The notes below the pieces were generated by a model. It was not told where the DNA came from and did no database searches. It saw only the letters and a program-made list of their open reading frames with translations. A stretch of DNA of 64,000 nt, taken from the sequence record NC_041917.1; one strand, given 5' to 3'. Position numbers and translations under genes: made by a program. Of this stretch, positions 23,456-33,220 are shown piece by piece. Every line of letters begins with the position of its first letter. Position 1 is the first letter of the stretch.

Positions 23456-24071
23456 TTACAGGAAAGCAAGAACTGATGTTGACATTGATTTTAAAGATGG
23501 GAAATCAGTTATTGAACAACTTCCTTGTACTAGAAGTGTTGAGAAAATTACAGAAGATGGATTGATACCGCATAATAGTGGTGTACATTTTGATAATATC
23601 CCTGTAGATCCAATTACTGGACTCGCATCTATACAATATAAAGAAGCCGAAAGATTAGGATACCAAAAAGTGGATATTCTGTCTCAATCGGCTTATGAAC
23701 ATGTACGTGATCGAAATCACTTAAAAGAACTAATGAATAAAGAACCAGATTGGGATTTATTATTAGTACCTGAAATAGTAGAACAGTTGTCTCAAATTAA
23801 GAAACATATAACTTTGTTACATGTGTGGCGACCTAGTAGTATCGATGAATTAGCTATGTTTATTGCTATGATACGTCCAGGAAAACGTCAATGTCAAAGT
23901 ATGAATAGTTGGGATGAAGTGCGGGCTGTTATTTGGGATTATGATAGTATTGGACTCGATGCAGAAGGTAGAAAGTTAAGATACTTTAAAAAACCTCATG
24001 CATACGCATATAGTTTGATGATTGTGGTTCAGTTAAATGCTTTAGTAGAATTTCTTACTTCTTCTTCTTGA
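23421..24071 (+). CDS. DnaE (Pol III alpha)-like fragment: catalytic palm and fingers
   Basis: RTDVDIDF (PDFDVDF), HNSGVHF (HAGGVVI), KVDILSQ (KFDFLGL), AMIRPG (ALFRPG), FKKPHAYAY (FNKSHSAAY). Confidence 0.85.
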   Translation: MDLDHKSTQTINYRKARTDVDIDFKDGKSVIEQLPCTRSVEKITEDGLIPHNSGVHFDNIPVDPITGLASIQYKEAERLGYQKVDILSQSAYEHVRDRNHLKELMNKEPDWDLLLVPEIVEQLSQIKKHITLLHVWRPSSIDELAMFIAMIRPGKRQCQSMNSWDEVRAVIWDYDSIGLDAEGRKLRYFKKPHAYAYSLMIVVQLNALVEFLTSSS

Positions 24072-24408
24072 GAGCAATATTTCTACGTTTAATCCGTTTC
24101 GTCGGTAGATCACTTAAAGATATTACTGGTCCAGAAATTACTTTCACATGATCAGTATTAAAACGTTTTGTATAGTTTTCGAATTTTTCCATTTCCTCTT
24201 GCATAAAAAGGCAAATCGGAATAGTTCGATTACTTTGCCACCACCAGTTATTGGCTAAAAGTAGCAATTCTTCTTGAAGGGATTCTTCCATCTCATGAAA
24301 ACAATACAAAGTCATGTATTGTTTACTTTTGATTTTAATAATCCCATAATAGATTACATCGTCGTGCTCTATGACCGTCACGAACGGATAAGTTTTGTGT
24401 TCATTCAT
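24055..24408 (-). CDS. Hypothetical protein
   Basis: Convergent ORF with SD (GGAAG) and a TATAAATA at 24450-24457 on the minus strand. Confidence 0.65.
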   Translation of the reverse strand: MNEHKTYPFVTVIEHDDVIYYGIIKIKSKQYMTLYCFHEMEESLQEELLLLANNWWWQSNRTIPICLFMQEEMEKFENYTKRFNTDHVKVISGPVISLSDLPTKRIKRRNIALKKKK

Positions 24409-24449
24409 AGGACTTCCATAAATATTGTATAAAATGATAAATTATATAT

Positions 24450-24457
24450 TATTTATA
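24450..24457 (-). promoter_or_regulatory. T4 late promoter consensus TATAAATA
   Basis: Exact match on the minus strand, 42 nt upstream of the 24408 start. Confidence 0.55.
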
Positions 24458-24468
24458 GAGGTTAAAAC

Positions 24469-25440
24469 ATGGCACATTTCGGCGTATATATGTATCCTTA
24501 TAATAACGAAGTTTCTCTTGGCAATTTTAATATGCCTTTTAATAATGAGAAATTGACAATTTATAGAGGTGCAAACAATCCAATCAGTTTTACAGTACAT
24601 AATGCTGATGGAAAGTACACACTACTAAGCGACAATCAATATCTTGTATTCAGTATTTTTGATGCTCGAAACGATACAAGAATTTTCGAAGTACTTCTTG
24701 AAAAGCTTTTACCATCATGGGTATCAGAAGCTGGTCAAGCAAGACCAACAATTAATAACAAACAAAAAGTCTACTATGGCTGTATTGTACCTGCGGGTGT
24801 TCTACAAGATTTAAGTGTAGGTTCTAAGTACCGTTGGAGTATAACAAAAGTTACCATGAATGGTGATTTAATTGAACCAACCGAGTACTTATACACTGGA
24901 TTAAATTTTGAAGCAAGTTCAGAATTAATACTAAGTAATTTAGCAGCACCAACATTTACTCCTAGTCAAGAAATCAGTGCACAACGTAATGCCTCTTGGT
25001 TACCTATAAAGGACAAAGAACAAAAACCTATTAGTAATGGGCTTTTTGGTGATTACGATGTTATGCATTCATCTCCATTGAGGGCTGACGCACAATATGG
25101 TTTAGTGGACGGTTTAAGTACTGCTGCATTTTATTTCCATAATTTTATTGGTAGAGTACAACTACAAGGTTGCCTTTCTAATGAAACACCAAAGGACGCA
25201 GAAGATTACAAATGGTTCATCATTAAGTTAGATGGGAAAGAATATATAGATAATCCAACTGACCCTAATGGTATTCCTATACCAATGGATGGTATACGTG
25301 CATTTAATTTCCACGGACAACTTATGTGGGTTCGTGTTGTATGTGCAATTCCACCAATTGTTAAGAACTATCCACCTAATGTAATTAAGAAGGATTACAA
25401 TCCTTTAAATACGATTCCTAAGATTCTAATCCGTAGATAA
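24469..25440 (+). CDS. Probable virion structural protein
   Basis: Beta-rich; IYRGANNPISFTVHNADGK motif of a type seen in large-myophage structural genes. Confidence 0.5.
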   Translation: MAHFGVYMYPYNNEVSLGNFNMPFNNEKLTIYRGANNPISFTVHNADGKYTLLSDNQYLVFSIFDARNDTRIFEVLLEKLLPSWVSEAGQARPTINNKQKVYYGCIVPAGVLQDLSVGSKYRWSITKVTMNGDLIEPTEYLYTGLNFEASSELILSNLAAPTFTPSQEISAQRNASWLPIKDKEQKPISNGLFGDYDVMHSSPLRADAQYGLVDGLSTAAFYFHNFIGRVQLQGCLSNETPKDAEDYKWFIIKLDGKEYIDNPTDPNGIPIPMDGIRAFNFHGQLMWVRVVCAIPPIVKNYPPNVIKKDYNPLNTIPKILIRR

Positions 25441-25441
25441 T

Positions 25442-25470
25442 TGGAATGTCCTATAAAAATGTGGTATAAT
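25442..25470 (+). promoter_or_regulatory. Putative middle-type promoter TGGAAT-N17-TATAAT
   Basis: Consensus match upstream of primase. Confidence 0.75.
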
Positions 25471-25499
25471 ATTTGGAGTACAGTCATAAAAGGAATTGA

Positions 25500-26546
25500 A
25501 TGATGAATCAAGTACAAAATATTATCGCAAACATTGTCCACGATCCTGCACCAATTATGGATCGTTGGAATCAACATAATTGCCCTGCTTGTACATCTAG
25601 AGGGCAATCAAGACCTGATACAAAAGGCCGTGGCAACCACATGTTCTTGAACGATGGTTCTGTAGCCTATAATTGTTTCAACTGCCACTTAAAGACTGTA
25701 TGGACACCTGGAAAGTACATTAGTAAAGATATGGATGCTTTACTAAGATCTTATGGTGCATCAGAAAAAGAAATGGCACAAATAAAATTCATCGTTAAAG
25801 AAATGGTAGAAAGCGGTGACTATGAAGTACAGGAAAACAGTGCTTCAAAAATCTATCAAAAAATAGTAAGACGTGAACTACCTCAAGGTGCAAGACCATT
25901 TTTGGATTGGGCTAATGATCCTGTCATTCCACCTGACTTTATTAAAGTCATTAATGCAATTAATGAGCGTAATCCGTATATGCTGGACTTAGATTTATAT
26001 TGGAGTCCATCGAAAGAATTTTACATGCATCAACGTTTTATCATTCCATATTATATGAATGGTCAAATTATTGGTTATACTGCTCGGCATATGGACGTAA
26101 ATAGCGAATATCGTTATAGAAATCAAGTAAGCACGAGCATTTTTTATAACTTCGATTTGTTGAATGATGATCGGGTTAAAGTAATATTAGTTGCAGAAGG
26201 ACCAATTGATGCTGCACTAATGGGTGGTTTATCTGCAAATAACTATTTCTTATGTGCATCTCAATTGGAGTTGTTGCATAAAGCACAAGAACGTGGTAAA
26301 AAAATAGTTATTGTACCAGATAGAGATAAAGATGGTTTAGTAACAATAGAACAAGCAATAGAGCACGGATTCAGTGTAGCAATGCCTGACTTTGGTGCTG
26401 TACGTGATGAAAATGGAATTCGTCACATTAAGGATTTTGATGAAGCATGTGCTAAATTTGGTAGATTATTCTGTTTACAGATGATTCACAATAGCATCTA
26501 TGATGATAAATTCGATATAAGAGTACAAACTGAAAAATGGATTTGA
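25500..26546 (+). CDS. 61: DNA primase (gp61-like)
   Basis: Zn-finger CPAC...CFNC; TOPRIM VAEGPIDA and VPDRDKDG; adjacent to the helicase. Confidence 0.88.
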   Translation: MMNQVQNIIANIVHDPAPIMDRWNQHNCPACTSRGQSRPDTKGRGNHMFLNDGSVAYNCFNCHLKTVWTPGKYISKDMDALLRSYGASEKEMAQIKFIVKEMVESGDYEVQENSASKIYQKIVRRELPQGARPFLDWANDPVIPPDFIKVINAINERNPYMLDLDLYWSPSKEFYMHQRFIIPYYMNGQIIGYTARHMDVNSEYRYRNQVSTSIFYNFDLLNDDRVKVILVAEGPIDAALMGGLSANNYFLCASQLELLHKAQERGKKIVIVPDRDKDGLVTIEQAIEHGFSVAMPDFGAVRDENGIRHIKDFDEACAKFGRLFCLQMIHNSIYDDKFDIRVQTEKWI

Positions 26547-26553
26547 GGTTTAA

Positions 26554-28035
26554 ATGGCAATTAATACAAACACGGACGTTAAGAAATATGATATACAATA
26601 CCAACTCTATTTGCTATCGCAAATTTTTAGTACACCAGATTTATATGTAAGGTGTAAGAATGTATTAAAACCGGATTATTTTGATAAAGAATATCATTCT
26701 AGTATTCAATATGTACATGACTATTCTTCCAAATATAATGTAACTCCAACGTTAAATGACATTAAACACAATTCTGATTTTTCATTTAATGAAACTCCAG
26801 TTGGTGATTTGAATCAGCAAGCAGTACTTGATAGTGTTGGTGAATTTTGTCGTCATAAAGCTTTAGCTTTAGCAATCCAACAAGGAATGGAACTTGTAAA
26901 CCAAAAACGTTATGGTGGAATTGAAGAACTCATTCGTGAAGCAATGTTGGTAACTGTACAAAATGATTTAGGTTTAGACATTTATGAAGATCCTGAAGAA
27001 GTTATTAGTTCACTAGCAAATATGCAAGGTACTTTTAAATCAGGATGGGAAACTCTTGATTATAAATTGTTTGGTGGTTTTGGTCGTCAAGAATTAGAAA
27101 TATTTGCTGCTGCCTCCGGTGGTGGTAAATCTGTAGTACTTCAAAATTTGGCAGTTAATTTCAGTAAAGCTGGATTAAATGGTGCATATATTACATTAGA
27201 ACTTGCAAAAGAATTGGTTGCAGTTCGTATCTATGGTATGTTAGTAAACACTGCTCAAAATCGTGTCAAAATTGATATTGATGAAACAGCGGCTAAAGTT
27301 AAGATTGAAGAAAGAACAAATGGTAAATTACGTATCCACCGTTTACCAGAATCCGTAACCACCGTTAATGATATTGAAAGTTATATTCGTGAACTACAAA
27401 TTAAGACTGGTATTAAACTAGACTACGTTTGTGTTGACTACTTAGATCTATTAACATCAGATCGTTGTGGTCCAAATGATAAATCGAATGCTTTCGTAAA
27501 AGATAAGTTTGTATCGGAAGAATTACGTGCACTTGCAATGAAAATGGATTTAACTGTATTCACAGCTTGTCAGTTCAACCGTAGTGGTGTTAGTGGTGAA
27601 GATGTTAAAAGTCAAGCACAGATTGCTGGTGGTATTTCTAAAATCTATACTGCGGATAACGTAATTTATATTGATGCACGTAAAGAACGTGGTGAGATGG
27701 TATTTGACTTCCAAAAAACACGTAACAGTTCAGCAGTAGGTTCACGTCTAGTTATGTCATATGATGTAGATTCATTACGTGTACTAGATCATCAGCAAAC
27801 TATTCAAGAAATGCAGATTAATACTTCATTTAAACACAGTGGAAAAGTACTTATAGGTAATGGTAATTTGGCGGCACATCCAACAATATCTGCCCCAAGT
27901 GCGTTGAATAAGTTACAAAATACTTTAACAACAGTAAGTCAAAAAACGAACACTACTTTGCCAGATGATATAAATACAAAAAAGGCTGATGAGAAAGTTT
28001 CTAGTATGAGAAACTTTTTGAATGGTAGGACGTAA
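26554..28035 (+). CDS. 41: Replicative DnaB-like helicase (gp41-like)
   Basis: Walker A AASGGGKS, ITLEL, CVDYLDLL, TACQFNRSG, QKTRN. Confidence 0.93.
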   Translation: MAINTNTDVKKYDIQYQLYLLSQIFSTPDLYVRCKNVLKPDYFDKEYHSSIQYVHDYSSKYNVTPTLNDIKHNSDFSFNETPVGDLNQQAVLDSVGEFCRHKALALAIQQGMELVNQKRYGGIEELIREAMLVTVQNDLGLDIYEDPEEVISSLANMQGTFKSGWETLDYKLFGGFGRQELEIFAAASGGGKSVVLQNLAVNFSKAGLNGAYITLELAKELVAVRIYGMLVNTAQNRVKIDIDETAAKVKIEERTNGKLRIHRLPESVTTVNDIESYIRELQIKTGIKLDYVCVDYLDLLTSDRCGPNDKSNAFVKDKFVSEELRALAMKMDLTVFTACQFNRSGVSGEDVKSQAQIAGGISKIYTADNVIYIDARKERGEMVFDFQKTRNSSAVGSRLVMSYDVDSLRVLDHQQTIQEMQINTSFKHSGKVLIGNGNLAAHPTISAPSALNKLQNTLTTVSQKTNTTLPDDINTKKADEKVSSMRNFLNGRT

Positions 28036-28039
28036 AACT

Positions 28040-28309
28040 ATGGCAAATAAAAAGCACAATCTTCTGGATAGTATCGTTAACTATACTTCTGATAAAGAAA
28101 AATTACAAAGTTTGGGAAATCGTGCAGACCACGCAATCAATGCAGTTATAAACCTACTTGATAGTATAGAAGAAGATTTTGATCAAGAAGAAGCTGATGA
28201 TTTAAGGCGTCGATTGTTTCTTAGTATTAAAAATCGTGACTATCGCAAATTCGAAAAAGGGCTAGAAAATTTAGCCCTATCAGACAAGCGTAAGAATAAA
28301 GGTGATTAA
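28040..28309 (+). CDS. Conserved hypothetical protein
   Basis: Helical ORF; SD TAGGA. Confidence 0.7.
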   Translation: MANKKHNLLDSIVNYTSDKEKLQSLGNRADHAINAVINLLDSIEEDFDQEEADDLRRRLFLSIKNRDYRKFEKGLENLALSDKRKNKGD

Positions 28310-28310
28310 T

Positions 28311-28475
28311 ATGAAAAATAAAAAGATTAATGAAAATGCTTCTTCTGGTGCTACAAGTGCTGGTGGTATTGCATCAGTAAGTGGTGGATTAAATTATCCT
28401 CTTATAAGCCGTTTACCTCCTACTAATTTCTTTGGCTATAAAGAATATAAACCTAAGAAAAAGAAAAAGGATTAA
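28311..28475 (+). CDS. Small protein absent from the ORF track (54 aa), probable internal head protein
   Basis: MKNKKINENASSGATSAGGIASVSGG...KPKKKKKD; SD AAGGTG; fills the gap exactly between the flanking genes. Confidence 0.7.
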   Translation: MKNKKINENASSGATSAGGIASVSGGLNYPLISRLPPTNFFGYKEYKPKKKKKD

Positions 28476-28476
28476 T

Positions 28477-28875
28477 ATGAATTCCTATACATTTTATACA
28501 ATTAATACTGTTATAGATATTGGGGATGGTAACACACCACCAATTAATGATGGTATTTTTACAGGGGCTATGAACCTTTGTAGATTAGTTGAAAGTGTAA
28601 TGATATTTGACAGACCTATGATGGTTAGTGTAGTAAGGACTGAAGTTGATTTGAGTAAAAACAATAATGCTGCATTCTATAATTTACCGTCAGCATGGGG
28701 TGAATGTATTGTTAGTACTTTTAAATTTGCACTACCTATGGATGTGAACGTAAACTGTAACGGTATTCCATTAGTACTTCCTACTGAAGTTAACGGCACT
28801 AGATTAACAAAGTTTAATAGTGTAACTTCAGAACGTAACATTAGTATTTCAAAGCAAACCTTTTCCCGTACATGA
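28477..28875 (+). CDS. Hypothetical, probably structural protein
   Basis: SD AAGGA before ATG 28477; the track's longer start overlaps the small ORF above. Confidence 0.6.
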   Translation: MNSYTFYTINTVIDIGDGNTPPINDGIFTGAMNLCRLVESVMIFDRPMMVSVVRTEVDLSKNNNAAFYNLPSAWGECIVSTFKFALPMDVNVNCNGIPLVLPTEVNGTRLTKFNSVTSERNISISKQTFSRT

Positions 28876-28921
28876 TAAATATCTTCATGTACAGAAAAGG
28901 TTTTTCTTTTTGGAGATAATA

Positions 28922-29836
28922 ATGGATATACAACAAACAGCACAAGAGTTACAAAAGTTTGCAGATGCTAATGGATTGCAGATGGATGTTAACCAAGCAT
29001 TGAGTGCAATGGACGCTGGTGATTTCGTAGAAATTAACCAAGCAATGGATAATTCTGACAACAGAACTATCATGCAAGTATTACAAAAGTACAAAGCACG
29101 TACTAATGAAAATTATCAGTACTTTGATGGAACAACACTATCAGAATCTGACGAAATTAATAACATCAATTCAATGGGTGTAGATGCACTAATTGAAGCA
29201 TATCGTGATAATGTTCATGGAGCATTTTATGATTGTTCTCACTTAACACTAAGTGAAATGAGAACATTAGTGTATGAAGATCTTGCAAGTACTTTAAGTG
29301 CAAATCAAACCGCTAATAGAAATACTACAACACAGAAAACACAAGTAAACCCACAAACTCAAGCTAAATTAAAACAGGCTGAATTGCAGCAAAATGCAAA
29401 TAACAGTTCCTTTAAGGTTTCTGTTCCTGGTGATAGTTCTGGTACAACTCAAGTTGCACCTATTGTTGGCGTTGATGTTGGTCCAACACCACAGCAAACA
29501 TTAGTTGTTACTAAGAATAATGAAAAACCAAATCAAGTTAATGTATTTGGTTTAGATGATGTTCAGGCAGTACAAGAAGATGACGAACATGATGATGTGG
29601 GTTCACAAGAAGTTATGGCACCACAAGCACCTGCTGATAATATTGAACAGGTTGATTCACCATTTACTCAAGAAAATCCAGGATTGGGTGAATTATCACG
29701 TGAAATTGGAAGAATCGAAGGTGATCAATATGATACTTCAGGTGAAGAAAGTCCTGAAGGTAATGAAGCAATGAACAATGAAGATGAGATGATTTCTCAA
29801 ATATTGGATTTTTGTTCACGGATGAGAGGTAGATAA
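28922..29836 (+). CDS. Probable internal head protein
   Basis: Gln/Asn/acidic low complexity; TLSES- and LVYED-type E motifs. Confidence 0.5.
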   Translation: MDIQQTAQELQKFADANGLQMDVNQALSAMDAGDFVEINQAMDNSDNRTIMQVLQKYKARTNENYQYFDGTTLSESDEINNINSMGVDALIEAYRDNVHGAFYDCSHLTLSEMRTLVYEDLASTLSANQTANRNTTTQKTQVNPQTQAKLKQAELQQNANNSSFKVSVPGDSSGTTQVAPIVGVDVGPTPQQTLVVTKNNEKPNQVNVFGLDDVQAVQEDDEHDDVGSQEVMAPQAPADNIEQVDSPFTQENPGLGELSREIGRIEGDQYDTSGEESPEGNEAMNNEDEMISQILDFCSRMRGR

Positions 29837-30054
29837 TGAGAGCAGTCGATACAAAAAATGGTTATTCTGTTATCGTATCGAATGAAGAATATCGCCTTAT
29901 AAAAAAGATTGATGCAAACATTAAAGTTCCAGTTGAATCATTATCAGAGTACTATCAAGAATTGGGTGAAAAACTTTATTCTCGTGGTGTATTAAATAAA
30001 GAAGAAAATGATGAAACTGAGTATTTTGTATCAATTAAAAGGAGTAAGCAATGA
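29836..30054 (+). CDS. Hypothetical protein
   Basis: Translationally coupled ORF. Confidence 0.65.
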   Translation: MRAVDTKNGYSVIVSNEEYRLIKKIDANIKVPVESLSEYYQELGEKLYSRGVLNKEENDETEYFVSIKRSKQ

Positions 30055-30854
30055 GTGATGATTTCGGAGAATGGGAACAACGTAAACAAGGTGTAGACCT
30101 TATGAGCGATATTATGTCTGCATTTGATGATATTGAAGAAGGTCGTCCTGTACCAAAAAAATTACCAGATGGAAGTACGTTTGTTAATGATTTCGACCAA
30201 ATCAATCGTGCTGAAACTAAAAATCTTTTATATGCTCTCCAAGAAGTAACTGGAGAGTATGGTAATATTCATCAGGAAGATGCACAATATTATGATCAAG
30301 GTGGTTACCTTGGGGAATCTAATGACTATGATAGTGTATATGGTTATTATGAACCACAAGAAGGGGAAACGTTTATTCAAGACCCTTCCTATGTAAAAAT
30401 GAAACAAGTTCAACCACAACAAAATGCATACAGTGCACCAGTACAGCAATCTAGGCCATATGTTCCAGGACAAAACTGGAGTATTATAGAAGAATCTGTA
30501 CTTGGGATGAAAAGTGCAAAAGTATACAGTATTAAATGTAATGCAACAAATCAGGTTGTTATGGATAACATCATGATGTATGAATCTGCTTTAGCATTGA
30601 AAACTATACTTAATGACGGTAAAACATTGACAGATCCTAAAGTACTTGGTATTATCAGTTCTGGTATTCAATATACTAGAGTTATTACTGAAGCTATCAA
30701 TGCAGCTAAGAAACGTCAACAAGTTCTAAAAGAATCACGGTACGATAAGGCTCAAGAACTTGATAAAGAAATTGCTGAACATAAAAGTAAAGCAACTGAA
30801 CTTAAAGAGCGAGTACTAAACTTCTTACGAGAAGAAGGATTCATAACTAAATAA
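30051..30854 (+). CDS. Hypothetical, probably head-associated protein
   Basis: Coupled ORF in the late-type cluster. Confidence 0.6.
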   Translation: MSDDFGEWEQRKQGVDLMSDIMSAFDDIEEGRPVPKKLPDGSTFVNDFDQINRAETKNLLYALQEVTGEYGNIHQEDAQYYDQGGYLGESNDYDSVYGYYEPQEGETFIQDPSYVKMKQVQPQQNAYSAPVQQSRPYVPGQNWSIIEESVLGMKSAKVYSIKCNATNQVVMDNIMMYESALALKTILNDGKTLTDPKVLGIISSGIQYTRVITEAINAAKKRQQVLKESRYDKAQELDKEIAEHKSKATELKERVLNFLREEGFITK

Positions 30855-30886
30855 GGATAGAAATTTCATTTATAAGGAAATAACAA

Positions 30887-31543
30887 ATGACTAAACAATT
30901 TTCAAAGATGATGGAATCTGCTAACCGCGTGGAAGCAATGAGTTTTATTCAACTTAATGAATCAAACATTGAGAAAGCTGAAATCGTTCTGGCGGTAAAA
31001 GGTGAAATCGTTGATAAGCTACAACGTCAAGCAGAAGTTATTAATAACATGGGCGTTGACGTACTTGGTCCATTGCTAGACCGTATTAAAGCTGAACATG
31101 GTGTTCCAGCAGCAGATTCATTCCGTAATAACATTAGTGGTCTATTGGATCATGCAGTGAAAACTATTATGGATGTTAAAGATAAAATCAGTACTGAAAC
31201 TCTTAAACTTACTGGTGATATTACTAGTTCTCCAGATGTTGCAGATTTAGGTTCAGACGAGGTGATTGATGACGTTTCACTTGATGTTGATGGTGATAAC
31301 TTCGATTTTGAAGCTGACGCTGAACTAGGTGCAGAAGATGATCTAGATGCAGATATTATGAGTGAACCAACACCAATGGATCGTGAGATGAAAGAATCTA
31401 CTCAACCAAAACGCTTCGGTATTCAACTAGAAAGTGTTAAAGGTACTGTTGGTAATAAGTATTTTAATTCCAAAAAAGAAATGAATACTTGGCTACAAGA
31501 GAACGAAAGTAAGATTGCTAAGGTAATCAAGATTCTAAAATAA
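30887..31543 (+). CDS. Probable prohead core or scaffold-like protein
   Basis: Helical core flanked by MMES, LNES, MKES, QLES motifs and an acidic linker. Confidence 0.5.
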   Translation: MTKQFSKMMESANRVEAMSFIQLNESNIEKAEIVLAVKGEIVDKLQRQAEVINNMGVDVLGPLLDRIKAEHGVPAADSFRNNISGLLDHAVKTIMDVKDKISTETLKLTGDITSSPDVADLGSDEVIDDVSLDVDGDNFDFEADAELGAEDDLDADIMSEPTPMDREMKESTQPKRFGIQLESVKGTVGNKYFNSKKEMNTWLQENESKIAKVIKILK

Positions 31544-31555
31544 TTGGAGGGTGAT

Positions 31556-31891
31556 ATGAGGTTCAGTCAGATAACCGAAGATGCACCAGGTAAAGATATA
31601 CGTAATATGATTAGTACTATAGCTTTATCATTAATCGCTACTGGTAGAGAACAAATAAGTATTCAATCATTGATTAATGAAATAAAAAAGCGTACTAATA
31701 TCGATGTTCCATATAATGTAATGATGGATATTCTTAATGAACTTCCATTTGTTCAGGATGCAAATTCTGATATGGTAACACTTCAAGGCTCTGATACATC
31801 ACCTGATGGTGATAATGCAGAATCATCAGAAGAACAAGTTACTGATATGGCAACTAAAGCAGCATCATCAAATTTAAAACAAGATATTTGA
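31556..31891 (+). CDS. Probable internal head protein
   Basis: MRFSQITED N-terminus typical of head-packaged, protease-processed proteins of T4-like phages. Confidence 0.5.
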   Translation: MRFSQITEDAPGKDIRNMISTIALSLIATGREQISIQSLINEIKKRTNIDVPYNVMMDILNELPFVQDANSDMVTLQGSDTSPDGDNAESSEEQVTDMATKAASSNLKQDI

Positions 31892-31917
31892 AACAAACGA
31901 AAAACATGTGCTATAAT
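31889..31917 (+). promoter_or_regulatory. Putative middle-type promoter TGAAAC-N17-TATAAT
   Basis: Consensus match upstream of the exonuclease. Confidence 0.75.
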
Positions 31918-31930
31918 ATAGGAGTACAGG

Positions 31931-32632
31931 ATGTACATTCCACCTATCGTTAATAAGTACACGTATGTTGGTTACAATCGAATCGAAGGCGGCTCAGAAG
32001 GCCGCCTTTATTCTACCCCAAGTGGTAACCTACCATCCGTGACTACAATTTTAAGTGCCACTTCTGATAATGAAGGATTGAAGAAATGGCGTGAATTTGT
32101 TGGAGAAGACAAAGCTAATGCAATAACTTTGGAAGCTACAACAGTCGGTACGTTCATGCATGAAAATCTAGAACGAAGACTCGTTGGAGATCAAGATCAT
32201 CTTGGTGGTATGCCAATTCGGGTACTAGCAAGAAATATGGCTGATTGTATTCAACAAAATGCTTGGCCTAAGATCAATGAAGTATGGGGTCAAGAAGTTC
32301 CATTGTTTTACGAAGGATTATGGGCTGGTACTACTGACTTAGTTGGTATACATGATGGCCTACCCGCAATAATGGATTATAAAAATTCACGAAAACCCAA
32401 AACATGGGAATACATCGAAAATTATCGTCTTCAACTCGCAGCTTATGCACTAGCACATAACGCAATGTTCGGTACGGATATTAACCGTGGCGTAATCTTT
32501 ATTTGTGTGCGTAAAGACCCTGCAAATCTTCAATACCAAGAATTTGTTGTTGAAGGTGCTGATTTTGAAGAAGCTAAACGTATGTGGATTGAAAGAGTAG
32601 AGCAATTTTATGCTCAACGTGGAGAAATGTAA
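31931..32632 (+). CDS. PD-(D/E)XK exonuclease (lambda-exo/RecB-like)
   Basis: PSVTTILS, GTFMHENLE, EVPL...AGTTDLVG...MDYKNS, LQLAAYA. Confidence 0.88.
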   Translation: MYIPPIVNKYTYVGYNRIEGGSEGRLYSTPSGNLPSVTTILSATSDNEGLKKWREFVGEDKANAITLEATTVGTFMHENLERRLVGDQDHLGGMPIRVLARNMADCIQQNAWPKINEVWGQEVPLFYEGLWAGTTDLVGIHDGLPAIMDYKNSRKPKTWEYIENYRLQLAAYALAHNAMFGTDINRGVIFICVRKDPANLQYQEFVVEGADFEEAKRMWIERVEQFYAQRGEM

Positions 32633-32652
32633 AAAAAATGGGAACAAGAGCA

Positions 32653-33192
32653 ATGAAACAAGATTTATTCGCAATTAAAGCAGTAAAAGCTAAAGGCTAT
32701 GATATTCAAGAATTAATTCTTCGTTCAGATGAAGAACTAGATGAATTACAACTACCTGTTAAGCTTATTCAGGCAGTAAAAGAATATAAACAACGTGGTG
32801 GAAAATCTGCACAAGAAATTGCAGAAGAAATTGCAGAAATTATGGTTCAGGAAAGTCCAGAAGTTGACCAAAGCACTTCTGTTGATGATGCAGTAACAGC
32901 ATATAAAACTAATACTGATGAACAGCAAGCTATCATTGAAGAAATTCAAAGTACTGTAGTTATTCCTGAAGATGAAGTTGAAGTTGTAAGAATCGAAAGT
33001 GCACAAGAAGATGTTGATGTAATCAACACCGCACTAAAAGAGAAAGAGTTTAAATCTTTCGCTCCTTATCTAAAGCATTTGAAATCTGCTGTTCCAGCAC
33101 AAATCCTTTCATCTGTTGATGGTACAAAAGTAAATGAGTTGATCGAAAAACGTATTTCTGAGATCAAAGCAAAGGACGAAAGTACTAAATAA
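32653..33192 (+). CDS. Acidic hypothetical protein
   Basis: Intact ORF with highly-expressed codon usage. Confidence 0.7.
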   Translation: MKQDLFAIKAVKAKGYDIQELILRSDEELDELQLPVKLIQAVKEYKQRGGKSAQEIAEEIAEIMVQESPEVDQSTSVDDAVTAYKTNTDEQQAIIEEIQSTVVIPEDEVEVVRIESAQEDVDVINTALKEKEFKSFAPYLKHLKSAVPAQILSSVDGTKVNELIEKRISEIKAKDESTK

Positions 33193-33220
33193 TTCTATAC
33201 TTTAATAGGAGATTTTAGTT

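Noticed and set aside
28432-28476. N-terminal extension of the 28432 ORF given by the track
   Set aside because: It overlaps the better-supported 28311-28475 gene, and ATG 28477 has its own SD.
31931-32632. Cas4-like nuclease as a hint of a CRISPR system
   Set aside because: It lacks the Cas4 four-cysteine Fe-S motif, and there are no cas genes or repeat-spacer array nearby; it is a common phage PD-(D/E)XK exonuclease.
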